NCBI RefSeq assembly: GCF_006345805.1
Contig: NC_043001.1
Span: 78,616,001-78,680,000, forward strand
Source: Octopus sinensis
Lineage: Eukaryota
Length of the DNA: 64,000 nucleotides
Direction: 5' to 3'
Below the pieces are notes generated by a model that did no database searches, had not been told where the DNA came from, and was given only the letters and a program-made list of their open reading frames with translations. A program made the translations under genes and the position numbers. Below, piece after piece: positions 25,701 through 38,601 of the stretch (position 1 is the stretch's first letter; each line of letters starts with the position of its first letter).

Positions 25701-26336
25701 CGATTTTCATCAACATCACTATCCGCCCACCCTGTTCCTGTCTACCCTTCTCCTCACCTGCATCACTATCTTCTTTATTTATTTTAAAGAGATGACATGC
25801 ACTGGACAGGTCTGCATTTGTAAACTTGTAACAATCTCAATTTCACGTACACGAAATAATGAAAACATAAATAATAACATTATTTGAAGTAATAAAAAAT
25901 ATTGGGAAAATAAATATTGAAATCTTAAATATTCGAATAAAATATCTTAGCCCGGAAATAAAACAGGAATTAAAGACTGCAATTGAAGAAAACCAATTTT
26001 TAAAATGAACTTCAGGAAAAAAATTCTCCTCGATGGTAAAAAAGATGAGAAAAAACGAAAGAAAACTGCTATTTAAAAGCAACGTAATAACAATGGCGTT
26101 TTACAAGAGAAACTTGAAGGAAAGAAAATATTTATTAACAGAAACACTACAGAACAACAGCCATAGAAATAATATGGATTTACTAGTAATATTAATGCCA
26201 TTATTATTTCAAATAGCAATGACAATACAGAATTATCAAAAGTAGTGGTAATAACAATTCTATAAGTGTTTTCATCCAGAGTCTGTGACCATGCTTAGTC
26301 ACCGCAGTTGAATAAAAAAAAAAAAAAAAAAAGGTT

Positions 26337-26452
26337 TTGCTTACAGCTCCTAGGTTTCCCGAGCGGTCACCTATCTAAATGATAACAAGGTTCGACGTTG
26401 CTTACTTAGGTTAGCGGACGAGAGCCGGTACTTTGAGCGTGTTTCGTACGTG
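26337..26452 (-). pseudogene. 5S rRNA-derived relic
   Basis: The minus strand reads aaagtaccggctctcgtccgctaacctaagtaagcaacgtcg...gataggtgaccgctcgggaaacctaggagctgtaagc, alignable to metazoan 5S rRNA with many substitutions; a T-run follows at 26314-26332. Confidence 0.8.
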
Positions 26453-26545
26453 GCCAGCAATTTTTAAGGAATTACGGAGATGTACTTGCATAGCAAGTGA
26501 TTTGATCTGAGTGTGCTGGAACGAAAACAATTGCAACGTGGAAGG

Positions 26546-26824
26546 TGTTTGTAAGCCATTTAAGAAACACACAAAAGCCGTTCGATTCACTTCAACATTT
26601 AAGTTTAATTTGTCAAAATATTTTTGTCGCTATAAGACCGCGACCTGTTCACTGACAAAAATCCGTGCTGCATCCACGGTAACTAAGCATGGCCGCAGAC
26701 ACTGGATGAAAACACTTGTAGAATTGTCGCGGTCTTATAGCGACGAAAATGTTTTGACAAATTAAACTTAAATGTTGAAGTGAATCGAACGGCTTTTGTG
26801 TGTTTCTTAAATGGCTTACAAACA
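26546..26824. mobile_element. MITE with ~100-bp terminal inverted repeats
   Basis: tgtttgtaagccatttaagaaacacacaaaagccg...cgcgac (26546-26645) versus gtcgcg...aaatggcttacaaaca (26726-26824). Confidence 0.85.
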
Positions 26825-27017
26825 AATTTTTTAAGGAGTAAGCGGGTAAGTGGATTACTTCTACCCCAGTGCGTAGTTTGTACTTATTTTATAACCTCGA
26901 ATGGAGGAGTGGCAAAGTTAATCCCAGAGGGATTTCAATTTATAACGGAAAGTATTGGAAGGAATGTCGCTAATCATTTTATCAGATGCGCAAAAGATTC
27001 TGCCAAGCTATCGGCTA

Positions 27018-27062
<45 letters not shown>

Positions 27063-27116
27063 TAATATTAATAAAATAATAATAATAATGATAATAATAA
27101 TAATAATGATAATAAT

Positions 27117-27328
27117 CCTTTCTACTATAAGCACAAGGCCTGAAATTGGGAGATGGGTATAGTGGATTTAATCAACCCCAAAGTTTCACTGGTACTTAAT
27201 TTATCGACACCAAAAGATTCAAAAGCAAAGTCGACCTCGGCGGAATTTGAACTCAGAACGTAGCAACGAGAGACATACCGCTAAGTTTATCGCCCGGCGT
27301 GGTAATGAGTCTGCCAGTACACAGCCTT
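27117..27328 (-). mobile_element. SINE family C
   Basis: gcaaagtcgacctcggcggaatttgaactcagaacgt. Confidence 0.8.
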
Positions 27329-27455
27329 TAATAATAATAAAAAACTTTATTTAGGGATCTTTCGAGCGGGATAGGTTACTCGATCTGAAGAAATTCTAAC
27401 TGGAACCTATTTGCAAGGTCATGCACTGTTTATCTTGATATAAATTATACTATAT

Positions 27456-27486
<31 letters not shown>

Positions 27487-27504
27487 CTATATATAATATA
27501 TATA

Positions 27505-28045
27505 GATAAGAAAAAGGGACAGAAATTCAAAATCAATCTAACTTTACTTGTGCCTCTGAAAATATAATTTATGTCAATAAAATGCTCGGGCTGCCACCAA
27601 GACTACGTGGGATCCACGGGACTATCACTCAGAGTAGATGCACACACTGCATCGACAACAGATTGCATTCCCAGAATACAGAATGATACCTTTTAGTGAG
27701 CACATTGAGAAATGCGCAAGCAACTACTACCACAATTTTTAATTTCCATTTTACCAATGTGCTATCGGATCATCAACACAAAATTAGACTAAACAAGGAA
27801 ACATTCTTCATTGAAAAGTACAAGCCTAGACTTAACCATGCCAACATACTGATACAGAGAAATTCACACCAAGGGAAAGGAAAAAAAAATTAAGCGATTA
27901 TCTCCCTTACACAGGAAGAAATCACTCATTACCACCCCTTATTTAGAACTCGTTTAAACATAAACATAACGATAACTCTGTTCAACATAAACATAACGTC
28001 GTAAGAAATTTGAAAAGCTAAACGCGAAACCGGTCTTTCTTCTAA
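27505..28045 (+). mobile_element. PLE 3' relic: frameshifted GIY-YIG endonuclease plus degenerate hammerhead
   Basis: Frameshifted translation gives NFTCASENIIYV..GCHQDYVGSTG..SEHIEKC..FPFY..RLNKETFFIEKYKPRLN; aagaaa...GAAACCGGTC-tttctt at 28003-28041. Confidence 0.8.
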
Positions 28046-28373
28046 ATTATGTCATTGTAAGAAAAATTTTTTTAATATTCTTCAGACATATTGACGCATA
28101 TATATATTTTTTAACCTTAAGCCTTCTGTAGTTTTTCACTTTTTTTATTTTTATATATATATATATATTATATATATTATTATATATACACACAATTAAA
28201 TAGATGTTTGTGTATATACACAAACACAATTACATATGCACAGATATGTATATATATATGTACAGATATATATGTATACATACATATATACATCATACAT
28301 ACATAAACATACATACATTATATAATATATGATATATATATAATATATATATATATATTATATATATGTTTAT

Positions 28374-29147
28374 ATAAGGTTGTCAAGAAAGTTCTGGCGG
28401 AATTTAAATTTTTGTTTTAAATGATGTATTTTCAAATTAAAGTTCGTTAAATTACGTTGACTTTATATATCATTTTAAAAAAGCAAATTTGCACAATTTT
28501 CTTATTCCAGCTCGCGATATCAACGATGCGTTTGGCTCAGGAACCATTAAAGTGGATTCTTTACGACAACCGGCGACGCTCAGCTCAGTGGTTGGACGCC
28601 GACAAAAAATTCACGGCACTTCCGAAAGCCAAATTTGCACAAAAGAAGGACATGGTGACTGTTTGGTGGTATGCGGCCGGTCTCATCCATCACAGCTTTT
28701 TCGATCCAGGCGAGACCATTACGGCGGAGAAGTACTGACAGCAACACCAAGTATTGGCCAATAGAAAAGGACCAATCCCCTTCATGACAACGCTCAGCTG
28801 CACATCGCACAACTGACCCTGCAGAAGTTGAACGAATTGGGCTACGAAACTCTGCCTCATCCGCCATACTCACCAAACCTCTCGCCTACCGACTACCACT
28901 TTTTCAAGCATCTCGACATCATCCTGAGTGAGAAATGCTTCAAAAACCAAGACGATGTCAAACACACCTTCAACTACTTCATCGCCACCAGAACGTATGC
29001 CTTTTACGCTACTGGCACAAATAAACTTGTTTGGCGTTGGCAAAAGTGTGTTGATTCTGATGGTTTGTTACATACTTATTCTAAAAGTATTGACTGATCT
29101 TTTGTTCGATGTTGAATTTTTCTTTACATATAACTTGACTATCTTTA
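28374..29147 (+). mobile_element. Internally deleted mariner transposon relic
   Basis: KWILYDN, VMVTVWW-like MVTVWW, LHDNA and HPPYSPNLSPTDYHFF motifs (ORFs 28457 and 28828); partial TIR match between taaggttgtcaag and cttgactatcttta. Confidence 0.9.
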
Positions 29148-29496
29148 TATATATATATGTATGTGTGTGTGTATGTCCATATCTATAATAAAAACACAAT
29201 GCTTTAAATGGATGCATTGTTAAAAGTGTGCAACGTTTGTGTAATTATGAAAAGTTAAGACGGGAAACGAGATTATTAGCGCACATAATTATTAATTACG
29301 TTTTTAAATGTCAATCTAATTAATGGACATATTTGGATAAGGATACACAATATACTGAGAATATCACGGATATATAACAGAAAAAAAAAATACAAAGAAA
29401 ACTGTCATATTATATATATATATATATATCTATATATTATGTGTGTGTGTGTGTGGTGTGTGCATGTGTATGTATATATATAGTATAAATATATAT

Positions 29497-29561
<65 letters not shown>

Positions 29562-30534
29562 TATATGTATGTATATATGTATGTGTCTATGCGTCTGTGT
29601 GTATCTAGGTGTGTTTTATTGTTTGATAGGAATGTAAAAGTGCGTGAAAAAACAACAGTATGGGCACTAATCGTTTGTAAATAACTCTCCGATATTTTAT
29701 CACGCAGAATACATTTTAGAAAACTGATCTTCGGACAGACACCTACTGTTCGTGAAATGGCGGGTCATATTTTAATTGTGCTGGTCTTAACTAATAAATG
29801 AGTTGATATGAAGAGAAAAATATATTCAAAGCAAAAACAGTATGCCATATATTACTTAGTCAAAGCAGACCGGATAGAACAAGAAGAAGAAGAAGAAAAA
29901 CAATAACAGCAAAGCAACAACAACAACGACAGTAATAACAGCCACGAAAGATGATAAGAACGGCGACAGTAATAGCTTTAAGGTCAACAGCAGCATAATA
30001 ACTGATTCAACAATAGCAGCAACACCATTAACTATATATTACACCGAAGCCAAACGATCTGTCATTGAGAGCCAACCCACTCATCAAACATTCGCGCACA
30101 ACATGCAGCCAATCTCTCCTTCATTAATAACCCAACTCCCAAACTCCCAAACCCTCTTCTTTAATGGCAACGACCGCCATATTTTGCTCCAATAAAATGC
30201 CTTATCTGTATTACTAATTAGAAATATTAAGATATACATTCGATAGAAATTAATTTCCAGCCTGTTTCCGTACGTCGATCTAATCTGCTTTCGTAGACTG
30301 CATTTAGCAACACCAAAATCGATTTATCTATGATGCGATAGTATGGTGCTGTAGAGATGGAGATAGTGTCCTTTTTGTCGTTGTTATTTTTCTGGCTGTT
30401 GCTGCTGCCTTAGTGGCATTCATTGGTGTAGTTGTTGTTAGTGTTTATATCCGCTGGTATTGGTGGTAGTGGCGGAGATTTATAACTATCTTACATCCCA
30501 AATCCCCAAATAGATATGACCGCTTTCAGAATTA

Positions 30535-30539
30535 TCTCG

Positions 30540-30598
<59 letters not shown>

Positions 30599-30603
30599 GT
30601 TGC

Positions 30604-30636
<33 letters not shown>

Positions 30637-30814
30637 GTGGCATTTCATCCGACTTTACATTCTGAGTTCAAGTTCCGCAGAGGTCAAATTTACCTTATAT
30701 CCTTTCGGGGTTGATATATTAAGTACCAATGAAACACTGGGGGCGATGTAATCGATTATTTCCCCATCCAATGTTTCAGGCCTTGTGCTTTTAGTAGAAA
30801 ATATTATTATTATT

Positions 30815-30894
<80 letters not shown>

Positions 30895-30932
30895 AATTAT
30901 TATTATCATCATCATCATCATCATCATCATTA

Positions 30933-31002
<70 letters not shown>

Positions 31003-31036
31003 ATTATTATTATCATCATCATCATCATCATCATCA

Positions 31037-31074
<38 letters not shown>

Positions 31075-31103
31075 GTTATTATTATTATTATCATCATCAT
31101 AAT

Positions 31104-31160
<57 letters not shown>

Positions 31161-31219
31161 TATTATTATTATTATTATTATTATAATTATTATTATCATC
31201 ATCATCATCATCATCATCA

Positions 31220-31254
<35 letters not shown>

Positions 31255-31269
31255 GTTATTATTATTATT

Positions 31270-31352
<83 letters not shown>
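30535..31352. repeat. Compound (ATT)n/(ATC)n/(GTT)n array containing a partial family C SINE (30655-30800)
   Basis: Direct reading. Confidence 0.9.
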
Positions 31353-31353
<1 letters not shown>

Positions 31354-31472
31354 TATAATATTATTTTATTATAGATTTTATATAAATTATAAAATTAATG
31401 GTTTACATATAATTCAATGATAATATTCTTGGTAATTCTACTGCTGGAAAATAATGTTCCCTTTTGTTCCAG

Positions 31473-31597
31473 GTGATATTTATTACGGACCCTTGTGGAA
31501 GGACAATGTCTATGGCGCCTGTTTTACAGTGCGACCTACGCCTTACACAAAGAAGCCAACAGTCACAGCGCTATCTTCCATAACCCAAAAACAATAA
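31473..31597 (+). CDS. Candidate coding exon of unknown product
   Basis: Acceptor cccttttgttccAG|G; open frame (G)DIYYGPLWKDNVYGACFTVRPTPYTKKPTVTALSSITQKQ*. Confidence 0.25.
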
Positions 31598-32272
31598 CAC
31601 TACAGCAGCAACAACAATAGAATATATCCGAATGTAGTAGACAAGACCAGTTTCAGACAAAGCATATATAGTAATAATTAGCGTATATGTCAAAGGGTAA
31701 AGAGACTTAAATAACGTCGTTATTTCCTCTAGATACGTTGCCGCAAAAGGTTATTGACTAGCTAAACATAACCTCTATGGATGTCAACGAGATAAATGCA
31801 GTTTATAAATGGTGATTGAATACGTACACGCTGTATCAAAAGATTGTAGTCAATAGATTGTAGTTTATAGATACTAACTTGTTAGATATAAGACTATTGA
31901 TGTTCACTAAATAGATAACCGGAGCAGTCTCCAGATTAAGACAGAACATTCTGTATTTAATCTACGTTTTTCTTCTGGTTAGATAAACAATGTGTTCAGT
32001 ATATAATACTGAACAGCTTTCCTTAGAATATAGCTGTCAACTATTAAGTTCTAAGCTAAAGCAATATTTAACTAATATACGAAGGTTTATACTCATACTG
32101 ACAGTGTTAACTACTCAGATTCAAAATTACATGATATATATATATATATATATATAATATATATATATATATTATAATATATATATATATATATATATAT
32201 GTGTTTATCTATCTATCTGTCAATCTGTCTATCTTTCTATCTATCTATCTTTCTACTATCTATCTATCTATC

Positions 32273-32349
<77 letters not shown>

Positions 32350-32370
32350 GTCTAACTATCTATCTGTATA

Positions 32371-32499
32371 GGCGCAGGAGTGGCTGTGTGGTAAGTATTT
32401 TTGCTTACCAACCACATGGTTCCGGGTTCAGTCCCACTGCTTGGCACCTTCGGCAAGTATCTTCTACTATAGCCTCGGGCCGACCAAAGACTTGTGAGT

Positions 32500-32534
<35 letters not shown>

Positions 32535-32742
32535 TGTGTGTGCGTGTGTCTGTGTGTCTGTGTGCCTGTGTTTGTCCCCCCAACATCGCTTGACAACCGA
32601 TCCAGGTGTGTTTACGTCCCCGTAACTTAGCGGTTCGGCAAAAGAGACCAATAGAATAAGTACTAAGCTTACAAAGAATAAGTCCTGGGATTATTTGACC
32701 GCAGTGAATAGACTGAAACAAGTAAATGAGTAAAGAGTAATG
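32371..32742 (+). mobile_element. SINE family A with internal deletion
   Basis: Same head and tail as 4671; lacks the ttggtagacggaaactgaaagaag segment. Confidence 0.85.
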
Positions 32743-32743
32743 T

Positions 32744-32788
<45 letters not shown>

Positions 32789-33400
32789 GAGTTCCTTGAA
32801 CTTGTGCAACCAGTCATTGAGGTGCTCGCTGCAGATGCTTTTGCAGTCAGACGTCGCCACTGGTCTCTTTTCTTTGTCAGCTAATCCTTCGCCCTCCTAA
32901 AACTATTCCATCTAGGATAGTTTTGGACAGGGAATTATGGTGGCGTTCGTCACGGCATGAGGCCCAAAAATGTAAGTTATAAGAAATCATACAATCGATG
33001 ATTTGCAATTTCAAATCGATTTTTCAATATTACGGTGTTAGGGCAAGTTTTCAAGTAATCTTTGGAGAAATGCTATTATAAGCTGATTTTCCTCTTCTGT
33101 AGTGTGTATGAAGAGTTGCTTTGTGTCGCTATAGCAAGCCAATCAGCTCAGAACGCAATTTCTCCAAAGAGTTTCTGTGTAGGGATCCTAATGCTAAAAC
33201 ATTGAAATAAAGGTACAAACAATCAACTTGTATTTTTTTTTTAATATTCTCTTTCATGCAAAATATACCACACACACACACTCACACACACACACACATT
33301 ATAAATAAACATAACTTATTCTGAGGTAGATGACTAGCTTCGTAATACAGTGGATACTGTAACCGATCTTTGATTCCGTCTCTCACTTGACTGTGCCCTT

Positions 33401-33450
<50 letters not shown>

Positions 33451-33524
33451 TATATATATATAATATACATGATTTAGGACTCATTAGATAAAAAAAGAAA
33501 TTTCCTCTGTGTGATTATTGTTAT

Positions 33525-33815
33525 TGTTCCTTCTCAAGCCACGCCTGGCTCATAGGGCCGGTTTCCTTGGCGTATAGGTTCCCCACCTGGACGGGACGCT
33601 GGTCCGTCGCAGGTGAGCTGCAAGATGCTGGAGGAGAAGTGAGAGAAAGTTGTGGCGAAGGAGTCAGCATGTGTTCGCCATTACCCTCTGCGGGAGCAGC
33701 GTGGATCTTAGGTGATTCGCTCATAAAAACACACATCGCCCGGTCTGAGATTCGAACCTGCGATCCCTCGACCGCGAGTCAGCTGCTCTAACCACTAGGC
33801 CATGTGCCTCCACCG
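33525..33815 (-). mobile_element. tRNA-headed SINE, family B-like
   Basis: The minus strand has tggcctagtgg (A box) and caggttcgaatctc (B box). Confidence 0.75.
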
Positions 33816-34199
33816 GTGTGAATATAGGGACTAACAATTTAAACAACAGCGGGTACTTAATAGTCAGCATTAATTGGAAAATATTGATTGCATTTAAATA
33901 TGCACATTTAATTAATTAAGATTACATTTATATGTAATTACTTAATTTTAATTAATTTTATTTTTATTTTCATCAATATTAATTTACATTTCTAATTCTT
34001 AGGATTATCAGATCAAGAAAATATTCTACAACTTAAGTATCTTGTCATTGTTATTTACGCTCATTTATTATTGAACATCAGTAATTACAGAATTATAAAT
34101 ATGTTTTGAAAACGATCAAATAAATATATTTCATATTCAAAGACTTATCATATGTATTTTAATGCATCATCTTCTCTATTTACGATATCCATCCGTCAG

Positions 34200-34288
34200 A
34201 GGGTGGAGGACCAGGAAGTTATTTTAAAGGAAGAATGATTATTTGCGCAGTGACTTTGTTGAATACAGTGACTAGAGCAAGTAAAGAG
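34200..34288 (+). other. Candidate internal exon
   Basis: Acceptor atccgtcAG, donor GAG|GTCAGT; one open frame GGGPGSYFKGRMIICAVTLLNTVTRASKE. Confidence 0.2.
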
Positions 34289-34571
34289 GTCAGTGAATGA
34301 CGTTGGAAGTAGCAGATAAACAAGAAGCGTTATTTGCCTCATCATTCTCTTTGCATTCCACAATGCGTTTCTACAGTCGTCTCGGCCAGCCGTTGAACCA
34401 TGAAGGTTTCTTCTGCAGGGTCCGCTGGATCCATTCTTCACATGCATATTTAGGCAAGTCCTAATATGTTAATTATCCTATTAATGGGACGCTAACAGGC
34501 ACTACAACTCCGGGTTATACATACATATAAATATACAAACATTCATAATTACATACATATATATTTAAATA

Positions 34572-34985
34572 GGCGCAGGAGCGGCTGTGTGGAAAGTAGC
34601 TTGCTAACCAACCACATGATTCCGGGTTCAGTCCCATTGCGTGGCATCTTGGGCAAGTGTCTTCTACTATAGTCTCGGGCCGACCAAAACTTTGTAAGTG
34701 GATTTGTTAGACGGAAACTGAAAGAAGCCTGTCGTATATATGTGCATATATATGTATATGTATGTGTGTGTATATGTTAGTGTGTTTGTGTTTGTCTCTA
34801 GCATTGCTTGACAACCGATGCTGGTGTATTTACGTCCCCGTCAACTAGCGGTTCGGCAAAAGAGACCGATAGAATAAGTACTAGGCTTACAAAGAATAAG
34901 TCCCGGGGTCGATTTGCTCGACTGAAGGTGGTGCTCCAGCATGGCCGCAGTCAAATGACTGAAACAAAAGTAAAAGAGAGCGAGA
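34572..34985 (+). mobile_element. SINE family A, full length
   Basis: Near-identical to 4671-5080. Confidence 0.9.
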
Positions 34986-34992
34986 GAGAGAT

Positions 34993-35038
<46 letters not shown>

Positions 35039-35440
35039 AATGCATTTCTGTACGTGTGTGGGGGTAAATAATATGTATATGCATAGGTAAGAATGCGAGC
35101 ACACAGAATCTTTGGTACGACGTGAAAAACTTCTTAGAGGTATTTCTCCTGGGTTATCGTTCTAAACTCAAACTCAGCATTTATCGCCTCCTCGGGTTCG
35201 ATTGATGGATTGGGGGAGGGGGAGGGTGTCATTGTAAAATACTACTCCTGTCACTGTAATCGAATTGTCCCTCCCTTTCCCTACATATTACTGTTCTTGA
35301 ACCCAGTAATGGAGCAACTTCCCATAGAGGAGGAATATTGTGATTGCGGTCACCTATGCACCATTGAACTCGAGTAACTGCGTTTATGAGTATAAGAGCT
35401 GAAAAAAATGCAATATATCTATATCTATCTATCTATTCTA

Positions 35441-35516
<76 letters not shown>

Positions 35517-36063
35517 ACATATATATATATATATATACGGACCAACTACTTCAGGAGAAAATCATTTGCGACGGTATTATTGACTCTGTTATTATCTAGT
35601 GTAACAATTAAAAATGATAAAAAGAGAATCAGTAATATAGGCGATTGAAGCCCCACACAAAACAATAAATAGCTGAGCAATTAAAATTTATATCAATCAA
35701 AGGATCTACTAAGTATACCTACCTGCTGGAAATAACTGTCAAAACGCTTATTTAAATCCCTGAAAAGAAAAATCACTGATAATAGCTACAGAAATCAACC
35801 GTCTGCAAGCAAACGGATGAAGAAAATCTTTCAACATACATTCATGTATGTAGACTCATGTGGCTCGGTGTCTGAACTAGCATTATAGACTAATCTTCAT
35901 CATCACGTGTTACCACGATGAACAACCCGACACGTTGAAGTCTGCGCAGCATCTGATTTATTTTGCGCCAAATCATAGCAGTCACTATGTCGTTTGATTA
36001 ATATACATATCTATATATATGTATGTATGTATATATATATATACACACACATATGTATATGTG

Positions 36064-36094
<31 letters not shown>

Positions 36095-36168
36095 CATATA
36101 CTCACTCATATATATATACACGTACAGATATGTATTTGCGTGTATGTGTATATACTCATACATACATA

Positions 36169-36258
<90 letters not shown>

Positions 36259-38052
36259 AGATTGCCGTTTTCATTCTCTTTACCTGTTTGTGTTTGCCTT
36301 TCAAATGCGTGCCTTTACTGTGATCTCCCTTTAGTAGAAGAAATAGCTATAATCTCTTTGACTGCTATTTCTAAATTCGGTGTGTGGTAAGGCAATTCGT
36401 TGATAAACCCTTAATTGCTTATATATATATATATATATATAAGAATAAATGTTTTTATATATAATGAACGTGAAATACAGGAAGGGACGAACAAGGAACA
36501 CAGACAAATCATTCGAAGCCTTCAATCTTCAGTCAGACACCGAATCATCATAGCAAATTTCGGCTGTTCAATTCTGATATTTGCTCCAACTCGGCCAGCC
36601 CCAAGAAAAAAAACTAAGCTGTAAGCATTAGATTTCTTGGTAGAAGACAGGAATGTGAACGCACAAGACGGATGTAAATACAATATATATGTATATATAT
36701 GCATAGATCCACACACATATACATACATACGATCTCACACATAACTAACATTGTGTCATTTTATGAATCTTGGGTTGTCTCCCTTAGCCCATCTTATTTC
36801 TCTTATGAGTCATATATTCACTCATATAAATCATGGTAATTTGGTGATTAGCATCTCTTAGCTCCCTCGTTGACGTATTGCCAACCACTGAACTTCCATT
36901 ACCATCTACATTTTTTAAAAAGCATACTTTGTGGCAGCTGCATTAAAAGGGTGCATTATAAAGCTCTGCTGCCCCCAATTCGATGAGTATATGCGTCATA
37001 GGATTTTAAGAATTATAATTTATCGTTATAGAAAATCTGCGTAATTTTTGAGCATTTTGAAAAACGTGATTTTTATATATTTGATGTATATAAATATATA
37101 AATTAAATAGATAAGCAGTCGTTTTCAGTATGTTTTTAAAATTGTTATAACATTTGCGCCTGTATTATTTTATTCTTCACACAGTGTGTGCCAGGAGATT
37201 GATCGATGTTGTGTCAAGAAATCGCATAAAAAAAGTGAAATACGTAAAAAAAGATAAAAATCCTTTTCAATATGGACACTAGGCCTGAAATTTTGAGGAA
37301 TAGATAGATTTATTTACCAGATACAGGTGTAAAGTCTGGAATTATTGAACATAAAAGAGACGTAACATGGGACATTTGGGAAGTTGCGTTGTTTATGCAT
37401 TGATTAAAATATTATTGAAGTCTAGCACTAATTGGAAAAATATGTCGTAGAAGATTTAGAAAAAACGTCGTGAATAAAGTCCATAAGAAATAACTACCTG
37501 AGTGTCATAAGACTCATAGGGCAGGTTACTCGAGTGTTATTGCTTATAAATGAGACCTGAATGCCAGTGCTGAAAAGGATGCCAGTCTGTTGGAGAATTA
37601 CTCATACCTGAGTTGAATGGAGGGATTTGCAATACTGTCTTTTTTTTCTTTTTGGCTTAAAAACACAAGGCACCGATCAGTCCAGGAATCGAAATAGTGA
37701 CTTTCCGTTCGTAGGCGCAATATCTTAACATCTAGATCACACGCCTTCATAGAAGATACGATATACATAATTTAGCCTATAACCCCTTTGATTAAAAAAA
37801 TACAGAAACAGAGGTTCTTGGAGGTAAAGAGCTAAAGCACCATGATAGCAATACGCCCCCTAGATTTGAACCGTTTATCGGTGCAGCTGTAGTCCACTAT
37901 GTTATCTGTTGTTCCGGTTCGTGCCATCACTGTACTTTCCGTTCTTCGTTATATATTCCACTGCCCTCTTTTATTTTATCATATCTAACTTTGTAAGAGT
38001 TCTGTTTACAATTTGTATCTGACATATTTCTCCTGCATTCACGTTTTTACAG

Positions 38053-38127
38053 GAAAGAGAACATTGTGGAATGCGTTGATCTTAATCTGGATTCTTCAAT
38101 GTCAGGCGCCTGTCACGATCATCACCG
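38053..38127 (+). other. Candidate 75-nt exon
   Basis: Acceptor cattcacgtttttacAG|G, donor CCG|GTGAAT; open hydrophobic frame (G)KRTLWNALILIWILQCQAPVTIIT(G). Confidence 0.25.
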
Positions 38128-38556
38128 GTGAATAACAAGCGAACAGTTGTAAGGTTTGAATGCAATGTAATGGCAGAAAATATACACGTATTGATGTCTG
38201 TATGTATAGGTGATTATATATGTAAATGTATGTATGCATATATATTTATACAGCTGTATCTGTATGTAATATGTATGCGTGTAAGCATATACGCATACTA
38301 GTGCATACTGGTATATAATAGCATATAGACAAACTAGTACTCAAGAACATGCAAAGATTGTGTCAGTGCGTATGTGTGTGTGTTTGTGCATATCTGTGCG
38401 CACAGGAGAGAGTGCACACAAATCTGCACATTCAAGTATAGACATGAATATAGAAGCATGTATATGTGCATGTACATATATATGTATGTATACACACACA
38501 CGCATATATATATATACATATATATGTAGGTGCAATACACAATGCACGCCATATTG

Positions 38557-38601
<45 letters not shown>

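Noticed and set aside
34360-38075. 13-mer cattgtggaatgc shared in opposite orientation by two exon-like islands
   Set aside because: A single short match with no extension; compatible with chance.
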